The notes under the pieces: generated by a model
Told to the model about the DNA's origin: nothing
The model's input: the letters and a program-made list of their open reading frames with translations, nothing else
Databases searched by the model: none
Translations under genes and position numbers: made by a program
Shown here: positions 38,695-46,900 of the stretch, piece after piece
How positions within the stretch are numbered: the first letter of the stretch is position 1
Layout of the letters: the number at the start of each line of letters is the position of its first letter
Origin: Fimbriimonadia bacterium
GTDB lineage: Bacteria; Armatimonadota; Fimbriimonadia; Fimbriimonadales; JABRVX01
Assembly: GCA_041483895.1 (NCBI GenBank)
Contig: JBGPGO010000010.1
Coordinates: 1-64,000, forward strand
DNA: 64,000 nt
Direction: 5' to 3'

Positions 38695-41600
38695 ATGCGT
38701 AGTTTTGCGACGATCATCTTAGCCGCGGTGTGCGTCATGGCTTTGGCACAGAAACCCGCGCCCGGGATCGGCAGAGTTCCGGGTGGGCCTGCCAAGCGCC
38801 TGACAATCGCGCTTTCCACCAATCAACCGCGCACACCCGGTCCGATCACCCTCTACGATAACAACAATATTTCAACGGGATTTTATTACTACGATCCGCC
38901 GAATTATGCCGCGGATGATTTGCATATGACAGCGGGTGGAATAATCAATGGGTTCTCATTCGGTTATTACGATCCGCCGACAGACGGTGCCGTGACATCG
39001 GCCGTGATAAGCTTTTGGAACAACGACCCAGCGGACGACCCGCCCACCGGGCCAATCCGAACCTTTACCGTCGGCGTTCCCGCGAACGGAGCATACATCG
39101 TCACAGTAGATCTGTCCGGCGGGTTCGAGTTCACCGCGCCGAAGGACATCTGGATGTCCGTCCAATGGCCGGGCTCCGACGCGGGCTGGCTCATCTTCGG
39201 CCCTCCATCCGTCGGCGCAACCCACGATCTCTTCTATCGGTTTCCGGGCGGCGGGTACTTTTTCTTCGGCGGTAGCCCAAAGGCCAACTTCTGCGCCGCG
39301 ATCTTTGGGGCTCCCTTTGGTCCGTGCCCCCCGTGTGACTACAACAGCACGTTCAACCAGTTGGGAGATCATGAGACGGATGCCTTTGGGTGGTATTACG
39401 CCGTCGTAGGCGGGGTATTTCCGCCGGGCCATACGCTCAATGGAGACAATGCCTCAGGCGGCACGATGCGGTATCTCCTCGATGATTCAATATGGGGAGC
39501 GTATCCGCTCGACACATGGAACAAGGACGACTGGTTCTCCGACAACAGCAGCCTGGCGCTAACCCTAAAGAACGGCCCTTCAATTGTCTACGACAACAAC
39601 GGGCTGGAAACCGCAACATATCCGCCCGGATTCTACACGGCGCCCAATCACGGAGCATACATCGGTTACTCGATGTCCAACAATTTCGACTGGATCTACT
39701 CCGGGTGGTTGATACTGACAGCTCCAACGACCTTTGACCAGTTGAACGGATACTTCGACGAGCGCGGCATCGGTCCGGCGTTCGGGGTACCCGCCTTCAA
39801 TCCCTATTCGCCAAACATTCGGTATCGAATGAACATCTGGTCGAAAGTGACAGGCGACCTGCTGCCATTCAACACGGGCAGCTTTGTGGGCGATGTGTTG
39901 ACGAGCGACATGGGTTATGCTTCCTCCCGAACCGGCGCATTTTCATGGTCGGACACGGGCGTCGATCGCGTCGGCTCATCGCTGACAAGCAACATATTCC
40001 GGCTTAAATACAAGCTGGACTCGCCCGTCACGTTACCGGCAGGTCAATACTACTTCAGCCACGATGCGGTCATCGTCGAATGCGACATGCCCGTGGACTT
40101 GAGCGGGACATACTGCTCCCCTTCCGGCGTCAGTGCCGTCGGCCGGTGCGATGCGACGACCGATCCGGCGGGGGTGACGTACGCGCCGGGGCAGAAGGTG
40201 TACGAAGAAAGCGGCAGCCTACTCGCGCAGGATGCGACGTATACTCCGTTCTCCGATGGCCTCAAGCCCCCTGTTTCGCTCACAGCGGACATGGACGAGC
40301 AGTGCTATGATTACGACGTGGACCTCCACGAACTAAGCAAGTGGAATACGGGGCTGACGACCAACTACTTCACGGGTGAGTATTTCACCGTCGGTCTCGG
40401 CCGAAACGTGCGGTGGACCACGGCGCAAGGTCCCGAGGTGTGGACGACCTTCTGGCGGCCGCAAGGGCAGCCGGGGTTCCGGATTGAGCTGATGAGCGCG
40501 GTTCCGACCGCCCCACCGGCCTCCTATCTTTACTACCAGGCGCCCGCGGACGAGTCCCGATTCCGGATCTGTGTCTGCATCAATGGCGGCCTCATCGCCG
40601 CACAGATCACCGCGCTCAATGGAGCGGGCGCAGGCCTGTCACACATCATCGGACCGATGCCACTCGATGGCGCGGATGACGTTTCGAACACCGGGTTCTT
40701 TGCGGGCTTCCGCAGCTACAGTCTGGAGAACAAAGCGCTGGCTACGATTAGCGGATTATCCACGTGGGCAAAGCCGAATGCTCTCTACCTGTATTGCGAT
40801 GACCCGTATGTGAAACCGGGCGAAACCGCTTACTATCGCATGGGGATGGCCGCACTCGATCAGCCGACGTGGGGATATCAGGCGTTCCTGTCCAATAGCA
40901 ACCCCGCGCTGCAGACGCTGAGTTTCCGCGCTTATACGGGGTGGCCGTTCCCGACGAAAAACATTCCCACCATCACGGACCCGCCGCTTGCCATGTCCGC
41001 GGGAGTTTTTGGCTCGCTGGCATCACCCGTGCAACGCAACACTACCCTTGTGACGCTCGACTATACGACGATCGGCCAAGGCATCGGGTCGCTGGACTTC
41101 CGATCCAACAACCCGCCGACCCGGTTCTCCGATGCGAATGGCAACCCCATCAACCCCTACACACAGAACTCGAACCTGGTGTTGAGCGATGGAGTCGCGC
41201 CGAGTCTCAGCATCGTTTCTGCCAAGCAGGGCGTGACGAACATCATCGGCGGCACGGCCATTCAAGGGCAAGTTGACATTACGGTAAGCGCCGCCGACCT
41301 GGGCGTTGGGATCCCTAACATCGGCTCTGGTCTCGCCTGTCGGCCGGTAATCAAGATTGATTTCTCGCCGCCGGGGCCCGGACCGGAAGACGTGACTTTG
41401 GACACTTTCTCCGGTCCCGACAATCAGTTCATGGCAAAGTACACCATCGTGCCAACGACTCCATGCGGGCCCGCCACAATCACGGCGACGGCGACGGACA
41501 ACGCGGGAAATTCCGCGTCCCAATCCGCCAGCTTCAACGTCAATACCGCCCAGATCACTGTCAACTTATCGCTGACTCTTGTCGGGGCGACGATTCAACG

Positions 41601-42219
41601 AGGCATCGAGTTCACGGTTGGCGGAACATCTGGATTGAATCCCCCGATCACCTTCTGCAAGAATGTGAACTTCGTATCCGGCGCGGCTATGGTTGTGCTC
41701 AATGCCTTCGACGGCATTTTGTGCGGCGCGGCGTTCACGAGAATCGGCGCCAAGGACACCTTGCACACGCTTAACCGCACGGTGGCGTTGGTTCCTCTCG
41801 GCAACAGCCAGTTCACCGCGGCAATGGCGCTCGCCGGTGGGGACGCGAACAACGACAACCTGATCGACATTCTTGATTACGGCGTCTTCGCGTTCAAGTA
41901 CGGTACCAACTACGGGACGGGAGATACGCCTTGTGGAACGCTCCCGCCGCATCCGGACTTCAGCGGCAACGGCATCGTCGGTACGGAGGACTATACGTTC
42001 ATCGCGACGCAGTTCCTTGCTATAGGAGATGCCTCGCCGGGGAACTATGGTCCTATCGGCACACCGAAGACGACGGCGACGATTGCGGAGATCGTCAAAG
42101 CGGGCGTTCCCCGTATGATTGCTCTGCAATTCGACGCAAACAAGGATGGTATCGTTACCATGCGGGAGATCGCGGATTGGCTGGCTCACCAGCCGAAACC
42201 GCGCGAGATACAGCACTGA
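38695..42219 (+). CDS. large secreted protein, paralogous to 35539-38625 over its C-terminal ~700 aa but with a different head
   Basis: Signal peptide; shared VDL.GTY, DAT.TPFS..KPP, DDPYVK, G.QAFL, PTRFSD, SGLAC.P, GDAN.DNLIDILD.G, EDYTFIATQFLA; GGGAGG RBS. Confidence 0.8.
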   Translation: MRSFATIILAAVCVMALAQKPAPGIGRVPGGPAKRLTIALSTNQPRTPGPITLYDNNNISTGFYYYDPPNYAADDLHMTAGGIINGFSFGYYDPPTDGAVTSAVISFWNNDPADDPPTGPIRTFTVGVPANGAYIVTVDLSGGFEFTAPKDIWMSVQWPGSDAGWLIFGPPSVGATHDLFYRFPGGGYFFFGGSPKANFCAAIFGAPFGPCPPCDYNSTFNQLGDHETDAFGWYYAVVGGVFPPGHTLNGDNASGGTMRYLLDDSIWGAYPLDTWNKDDWFSDNSSLALTLKNGPSIVYDNNGLETATYPPGFYTAPNHGAYIGYSMSNNFDWIYSGWLILTAPTTFDQLNGYFDERGIGPAFGVPAFNPYSPNIRYRMNIWSKVTGDLLPFNTGSFVGDVLTSDMGYASSRTGAFSWSDTGVDRVGSSLTSNIFRLKYKLDSPVTLPAGQYYFSHDAVIVECDMPVDLSGTYCSPSGVSAVGRCDATTDPAGVTYAPGQKVYEESGSLLAQDATYTPFSDGLKPPVSLTADMDEQCYDYDVDLHELSKWNTGLTTNYFTGEYFTVGLGRNVRWTTAQGPEVWTTFWRPQGQPGFRIELMSAVPTAPPASYLYYQAPADESRFRICVCINGGLIAAQITALNGAGAGLSHIIGPMPLDGADDVSNTGFFAGFRSYSLENKALATISGLSTWAKPNALYLYCDDPYVKPGETAYYRMGMAALDQPTWGYQAFLSNSNPALQTLSFRAYTGWPFPTKNIPTITDPPLAMSAGVFGSLASPVQRNTTLVTLDYTTIGQGIGSLDFRSNNPPTRFSDANGNPINPYTQNSNLVLSDGVAPSLSIVSAKQGVTNIIGGTAIQGQVDITVSAADLGVGIPNIGSGLACRPVIKIDFSPPGPGPEDVTLDTFSGPDNQFMAKYTIVPTTPCGPATITATATDNAGNSASQSASFNVNTAQITVNLSLTLVGATIQRGIEFTVGGTSGLNPPITFCKNVNFVSGAAMVVLNAFDGILCGAAFTRIGAKDTLHTLNRTVALVPLGNSQFTAAMALAGGDANNDNLIDILDYGVFAFKYGTNYGTGDTPCGTLPPHPDFSGNGIVGTEDYTFIATQFLAIGDASPGNYGPIGTPKTTATIAEIVKAGVPRMIALQFDANKDGIVTMREIADWLAHQPKPREIQH

Positions 42220-42237
42220 TAAGAAACTCGGGAAGGT

Positions 42238-42261
42238 ACCGGGAGCGCTTGCGCTCCCGGT
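42238..42261 (+). terminator. hairpin between cassette genes 2 and 3
   Basis: accgggagcgc-tt-gcgctcccggt. Confidence 0.5.
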
Positions 42262-42289
42262 CACCCTCCAATTTGTGAGGGAGTGACAT

Positions 42290-43255
42290 ATGATGCGAAT
42301 TAGATTTGCCACAATTGCCGGAGGGTTGCTGGCATTGGCCCCATGCTTTGCCAATATCAATCTTGAGCTGCGACCGATCACGCAGACGGCATTTGTTGGG
42401 AACACGGTCAGCGTTGGCCTATACGCCGTTTCCGATAACGGCTCGAATCAACTCACGGCTGCCATGGACGTGGTTGTTATATGGGACCCCACGAAGCTGA
42501 ACCCAATCAGTTTTTCGAACTCCGGGGCCGGATATTCCTGGTTTCAAAGCGGATTCCTTTACCCAGGCGGCGCCAATGCGAGCCTGAACGACGGGGATGC
42601 CGTTTGGACGGCCTTTGCCGCACCGGGAAGCCCCGCGGCCGCTACGCCCGCCGGCTTATTGGTGACGACGTTCAAGTTTCAAGCGATTGCGGCGACCCCC
42701 ACTACAACTGTACAGCTTCGCCGAAGCTACTCCCCCTATATGACAGTCGTCTATGACGGCACGACGCCCAACACCGACGTGACCGGTACGCTGACAAATG
42801 CCGACGTGACCATACTGCAAACTGCCACCGTAAAGGGCCACGTGGATTTGGAGGTATATGAGGGGCCGCCGGGAATCGGCGCGTCGTTGGAATTCCGCCA
42901 ACCCTCAACGATTACGGTCCTTCAGTCGGTACCAATCACCCTTGACGGTGCGGGCAACTATACGGCGCCAGGCGTGATCGTCGGAACGTATGATGTCGCG
43001 GTCAAGTTTTCCAACTGGTTGCGGCAGGTGAGACCAGGGGTCGTGGTCACCAATCCAACGACGTCCGGAGTCGATTTCGCCCTGACCAACGGCGATGCGG
43101 ACGATAGCAATAGGGTCGATCTCCCCGATCTTAATGAAACGTTCGTCAACTTTGCGAGCCCGGGCGGTCCCGGTGATGTCACCCACAACAATTCGGTGGA
43201 CCTAGGGGATCTGAATTTGGAGCTTATCAACTTCGCGATGACCGGCGATTCCTAG
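42290..43255 (+). CDS. secreted cohesin-like + Ig + dockerin-like protein
   Basis: N-domain VGNTVSVGLY...MDVVVIWDPTKL...LLVTTFKFQAI resembles cohesin; C-terminal GDADDSNRVDLPDLN...GDVTHNNSVDLGDLN. Confidence 0.78.
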   Translation: MMRIRFATIAGGLLALAPCFANINLELRPITQTAFVGNTVSVGLYAVSDNGSNQLTAAMDVVVIWDPTKLNPISFSNSGAGYSWFQSGFLYPGGANASLNDGDAVWTAFAAPGSPAAATPAGLLVTTFKFQAIAATPTTTVQLRRSYSPYMTVVYDGTTPNTDVTGTLTNADVTILQTATVKGHVDLEVYEGPPGIGASLEFRQPSTITVLQSVPITLDGAGNYTAPGVIVGTYDVAVKFSNWLRQVRPGVVVTNPTTSGVDFALTNGDADDSNRVDLPDLNETFVNFASPGGPGDVTHNNSVDLGDLNLELINFAMTGDS

Positions 43256-43271
43256 GAGTGGAGTCCCTACA

Positions 43272-43297
43272 AGGGGACCGCGGCGATGCGGTCCCCT
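43272..43297 (+). terminator. hairpin at the end of the cassette
   Basis: aggggaccgc-ggcgat-gcggtcccct. Confidence 0.55.
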
Positions 43298-43330
43298 ATG
43301 ATTTCTAGCTGCGGATCGCCGGGGTATGAA

Positions 43331-43498
43331 GCGTTGGCGCCGGGGTCTGTCAGGTCGTTGACCGCGACCACGTTTAGGTCGAGTACTGAAGGATGGTGCG
43401 CAGGGAGAGCCTCCCGATGCGCCCGAACCCGTTGATGCCGATTTTTGTAGCCATTCCGCCTCCCGATTTTCAGGTGAAATTGTGGCTGGATTCTACCT
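43331..43498 (-). pseudogene. gap: remnant of the gap 5' end and leader (direct repeat of 34852-35027)
   Basis: From ATG 43454 reads MATKIGINGFGRIGRLSLRTILQYST*; after a net 7-nt deletion VVAVNDLTDPGANA continues in another frame; shares the leader and ggattctacct. Confidence 0.9.
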
Positions 43499-43563
43499 GA
43501 CACGCGAAGGAACGAACTCGTCCATTGCAGCTGGACACTTGGGCCCGGTCGTGGTCAACAACT

Positions 43564-43591
43564 TTGCAATCCGTTGCTGGCGTGTCATAAT
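43564..43591 (+). promoter_or_regulatory. sigma70-type promoter of the two-gene island operon (leaderless-type)
   Basis: TTGCAA-16 nt-CATAAT with TGn extension, 7 nt before ATG 43599. Confidence 0.5.
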
Positions 43592-43598
43592 TTGGCAA

Positions 43599-44897
43599 AT
43601 GGAAGAACTCCGGACAGGTACATGGCTATTGCATATGGCGAAGCATTTGGGTGCTGTCGACACGGCGTCCGACGAATTGTCTTACTTTGATTGTGCTTAT
43701 GAAGCAGGAAAAGCAGGCAGCCTCCGGGGCCGGATGGCTGCCGATACAGCCGAAATCATTAATTGCGGGCAGTTGAAGGTATTTGCAAGGGCGGCTGGGG
43801 TGCGGAAACCAGAAATCAGTACTTGCCTTCGCCTCCTAAAGAATCAAGGAAGGATTGATTTCACGACCAACTCAGAGGGAGAGCCGGTTGAAGTCGAGGT
43901 ATATATCTTCTCAAGCAAGGACGCGATTGAAACAACCGCCCGCATATTTGGAGTGTCTGATGCTACTGATGAGGAAAGGGGCTCCATCGTTACACTTGAG
44001 GAGACTTTTCACCTACCCCTTACTAAACAGGAGATGTTGAGCAATCTTCATCGTGCTGGTTGTGATGATGAATCTGCGGAATTCTCTGTGGAACTCCAGG
44101 TAGCACTAAGGTTGGTAAAGTCGTCAGATGTTGGAGGGAAGACCCTCTACTTCAATGAATACGCATTTGCAGATGATCCGATGAAGGTAGTAAGGGCTTT
44201 CGCTTCTATGAATCCAGAACTCTTGCGAAATATTCGGGACGTGCAAGATATGCTAAAAGCGCAACCTGGCTATCCGCTGGAATCCTTGAAGAGGAGCTTC
44301 CCGCATCACGCATTGGAAGCGATGGAGGGAATCGGACTGATCGATGTTATGCCAGTTCGCTCACCAAATGGGATTGCAATGTACGTAACGATTCCGCAGT
44401 TAAGGGGCGTGGCTATTGGCGAGCCGTTCCTGTCGGCGGATGTCTTTCACAAAGCCAAGACGTTATTGAACTGTCTGCGATATGGTCAATTCAATTCGAG
44501 ACCGGGGCGAGGCAAAATTGTGGACGATGCGATGCTGCGCGCAATTGTCGCAAAGCTCGTTCGGGGAGAGGAACTTGCTCCTTCGACGGCCGCAGCCGAA
44601 GACTACCGCGTCCTTGAAAAAGATGGGGTCATTGAGACGCGAGAGGATGCTGGGACGATGCGCATTATGAAGTTGAGACAGCTCGAGGTAGGACGGATCG
44701 TTCTTCAAATGCTTGATCATAATGCCGCTCTTCCAGAAGCTGATTACGGACCCTTGACAGACCTGGGTGTTGCGTCGTTCGACAGGGACATTCCAGAAGT
44801 CAGCCGGTCTGCCATTCTGGCTCACAAGAGCAAGGAAGTGATTGAAGCCCACAATCTCATGCTCCAGGCTGTTCGAACAGGAGGTAGATCGCAATGA
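43599..44897 (+). CDS. uncharacterised cytoplasmic protein, possibly tandem winged-helix; candidate defence component A
   Basis: 432-aa ORF in visibly lower-GC DNA; no signal or TM segment; repeated L...G.I/V helix-wing-like patterns. Confidence 0.75.
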   Translation: MEELRTGTWLLHMAKHLGAVDTASDELSYFDCAYEAGKAGSLRGRMAADTAEIINCGQLKVFARAAGVRKPEISTCLRLLKNQGRIDFTTNSEGEPVEVEVYIFSSKDAIETTARIFGVSDATDEERGSIVTLEETFHLPLTKQEMLSNLHRAGCDDESAEFSVELQVALRLVKSSDVGGKTLYFNEYAFADDPMKVVRAFASMNPELLRNIRDVQDMLKAQPGYPLESLKRSFPHHALEAMEGIGLIDVMPVRSPNGIAMYVTIPQLRGVAIGEPFLSADVFHKAKTLLNCLRYGQFNSRPGRGKIVDDAMLRAIVAKLVRGEELAPSTAAAEDYRVLEKDGVIETREDAGTMRIMKLRQLEVGRIVLQMLDHNAALPEADYGPLTDLGVASFDRDIPEVSRSAILAHKSKEVIEAHNLMLQAVRTGGRSQ

Positions 44898-46093
44898 GCC
44901 CAAAAAAGGAAATGCTTGAGAAACGCGGCGATGCAATTGAGTTCGCTGCTGCATCCCTTTTTCAATCACAGGGCTTTCTAGTAAGAAGATCGCTGCCACT
45001 ACGACTTGCTGCAAACCTTGATGCAACAGACGTGGACGTGTTCGGCGTCAAGTTCGTTTATCCATTCCAGCCGGTTCGATTGATCTGTGACTGTAAAGAT
45101 CGTATGAAGTCCCAGGCCATGGAGAGGGTGTTTTGGGCCAAAGGACTCAGTTCATGCATCCAAGCCAGCGAAGTTTATGTCGCTGCGCGGAGCGCTCGGT
45201 CGGAGGTCGTCCAGTATGCGAGTCAACACGGCGTCCGGGTACTGACCGAAGAAGTGCTCAAAGAATTCATTGATTCTGGAGCGATACAGCAGGGACTTGA
45301 ATACAGTCACGCCGATGCCAACGCAATGGGGAGTTTCGTGCCAACGATTAAAGATGGCATAGCGAGAGATCCGCGAGCTAAGAAACTCATCGATGAATCG
45401 GTTCTCATGTTTCATGGGGCAAATCCTTTTGAAGATCTCAACGTATCTATCGATAAAATAGCGCTTTGCGCTGATAGCTTGCTCTCAGTCGGAGCCACTG
45501 ATCCGACGGTGCGATTTGCTTATGCATATGCGATGTGCAACTACATTGTTGTGGTGTCGTTGCAACTACTCTTAATTGCATCTGAAACTCTTTCGATGAC
45601 TCGGCAGGCTCGAAAGAGTTACATGCTTCAGCGATTAACGTATGGGGCAATGAACCGTTCACAGGTCCATGCCATTCTTGATGCAGCAATGAAATTTGCC
45701 CGTCGATCAACGGAGCCGATTAGCAGAAAGACAGATCAAGTTGCATTGCCTTTAGCGGAAAAGCTTTTCCAGCCGCCACCGTACGCTGACGATGTCGTGG
45801 GGCTGGTTGAACGCGCCATCGCCAATCCGAAGATGTACCATTCTCTACCTGCGGCCTTGGACTTTGTTTTGTTTGACGGAGGGCTATTCAAAGGGGGATT
45901 TGACGGTCAGATGTTTGCCAGAGTGTTTACAACGAGCCCAGGATCTGACGTAATAAAGGCCACTAAGAATGTATTCGCGTTTCTCAAACAACATACGCCT
46001 TTTACACAGAGCATGGTGATGCCGACGGTCGATTTGCCCAATGAAGCGGTCTCGAAAGATCCGGTGGCCCCATTACCCGGGCTGGGAATCTAG
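44894..46093 (+). CDS. PD-(D/E)xK restriction-endonuclease-like protein; candidate defence component B
   Basis: GDAIEFAAASLFQSQGFLV...TDVDVFGVKF...LICDCKD fits E...D...(D/E)xK; ATGA overlap with the upstream gene. Confidence 0.7.
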   Translation: MSPKKEMLEKRGDAIEFAAASLFQSQGFLVRRSLPLRLAANLDATDVDVFGVKFVYPFQPVRLICDCKDRMKSQAMERVFWAKGLSSCIQASEVYVAARSARSEVVQYASQHGVRVLTEEVLKEFIDSGAIQQGLEYSHADANAMGSFVPTIKDGIARDPRAKKLIDESVLMFHGANPFEDLNVSIDKIALCADSLLSVGATDPTVRFAYAYAMCNYIVVVSLQLLLIASETLSMTRQARKSYMLQRLTYGAMNRSQVHAILDAAMKFARRSTEPISRKTDQVALPLAEKLFQPPPYADDVVGLVERAIANPKMYHSLPAALDFVLFDGGLFKGGFDGQMFARVFTTSPGSDVIKATKNVFAFLKQHTPFTQSMVMPTVDLPNEAVSKDPVAPLPGLGI

Positions 46094-46201
46094 GCAATCA
46101 ACCTGACTTTGCAGTTCGGCTGCAGTCGAATTCAAGTTCTGAGGTTAGCCGGTCGGTCAATATCGATATCTCGACACTAATAGACGTCATCCTTAACCAC
46201 G

Positions 46202-46243
46202 GTAGGCTTCTCATGAATCTGCAACAATTCATGAGAAGCCTAC
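46202..46243. terminator. perfect 17-bp inverted repeat downstream of both the nuclease gene and the tRNA-like element
   Basis: gtaggcttctcatgaat-ctgcaaca-attcatgagaagcctac. Confidence 0.65.
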
Positions 46244-46245
46244 TG

Positions 46246-46330
46246 AGGAAGCGGCGGGATTCGAACCCGCGAGGCCTTTCGACCTAGACGATTTTCAGTC
46301 GCCCGCCATAAACCACTCGGCCACGCTTGG
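46246..46330 (-). tRNA. tRNA-like element: Ser-type long-variable-arm body, anticodon GAA, mismatched acceptor end (probable pseudo-tRNA)
   Basis: CCAAGCG TG GCC-GAGTGGTTTAT-GGC G GGCGA-CTGAAAA-TCGTC T AGGTC-GAAA-GGCCT C GCGGG-TTCGAAT-CCCGC CGCTTCC T. Confidence 0.75.
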
Positions 46331-46508
46331 GATAACCTCTGGACATCCCGAGATTGACCTCGATGGCAACCGTATTATACCTAATTCGTCATTCCATTTT
46401 GGGGCATCCATCCGGCGTGAACGGATGAGCCCATTACTCGCCCTATGCAAGGAAACCTGCAACGTCATCGTTGGCGGTTTCCGAAGAAGTGTGGAACCAG
46501 TTAACCTG

Positions 46509-46682
46509 ATGTCTCTGAAAGCCTATATCTGGTTCGGGATGGCGGTGGGTTCGACCGTTGGGTCCTACGTGCCGGTAGTTCTGGGGGCCGACATGTTCTC
46601 CGCTTGGTCGGTCATTGGCAGCGCCGTCGGTGGCATCGCCGGCATTTGGGCTGGGTTCCGCATCGGCAACAGTTACTGCTGA
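46509..46682 (+). CDS. small Gly-rich membrane protein
   Basis: 57 aa with two hydrophobic Gly-rich helices (GMAVGSTVGSYVP...GSAVGGIAGIWAG). Confidence 0.65.
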   Translation: MSLKAYIWFGMAVGSTVGSYVPVVLGADMFSAWSVIGSAVGGIAGIWAGFRIGNSYC

Positions 46683-46695
46683 TCGAGAAGAAGAA

Positions 46696-46815
46696 CCCCC
46701 ACCCAACCCTCCCCCTTTCCCAGGCTAACGCCTGAAAAAAGGGGAGGGCTTCTTCCAGACCCACTACCCAAACCCCTCCGCCTTTTCCAGGCTGACGCCT
46801 GAAAAAAGGGGAGGG
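46696..46815. repeat. palindromic repeat family C (2 tandem copies)
   Basis: ccctccccctttcccaggctaacgcctgaaaaaaggggaggg and ccctccgccttttccaggctgacgcctgaaaaaagggggaggg-like copy; matches 31427-31480. Confidence 0.75.
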
Positions 46816-46900
46816 CTTTTTCCTTTTCCCCAGCCCTTCGGCAATCTAACGGCAGGCTGGAGCACGAACATCTTCGCGCCTCAGATATAATCCGCGCAGT

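Noticed and set aside
43267..43503. 78-aa ORF as a real gene
   Set aside because: It is the shifted frame of the gap remnant (contains VVAVNDLTDPG).
43500..46330. Prophage, integron or classical restriction-modification system
   Set aside because: No integrase, phage structural gene, attC pattern or DNA methyltransferase in the window.
46246..46330. Ordinary tRNA-Phe or tRNA-Sec
   Set aside because: tRNA-Phe has a short variable loop; tRNA-Sec needs a TCA anticodon and a longer acceptor stem; the top two acceptor pairs here are C-C mismatches.
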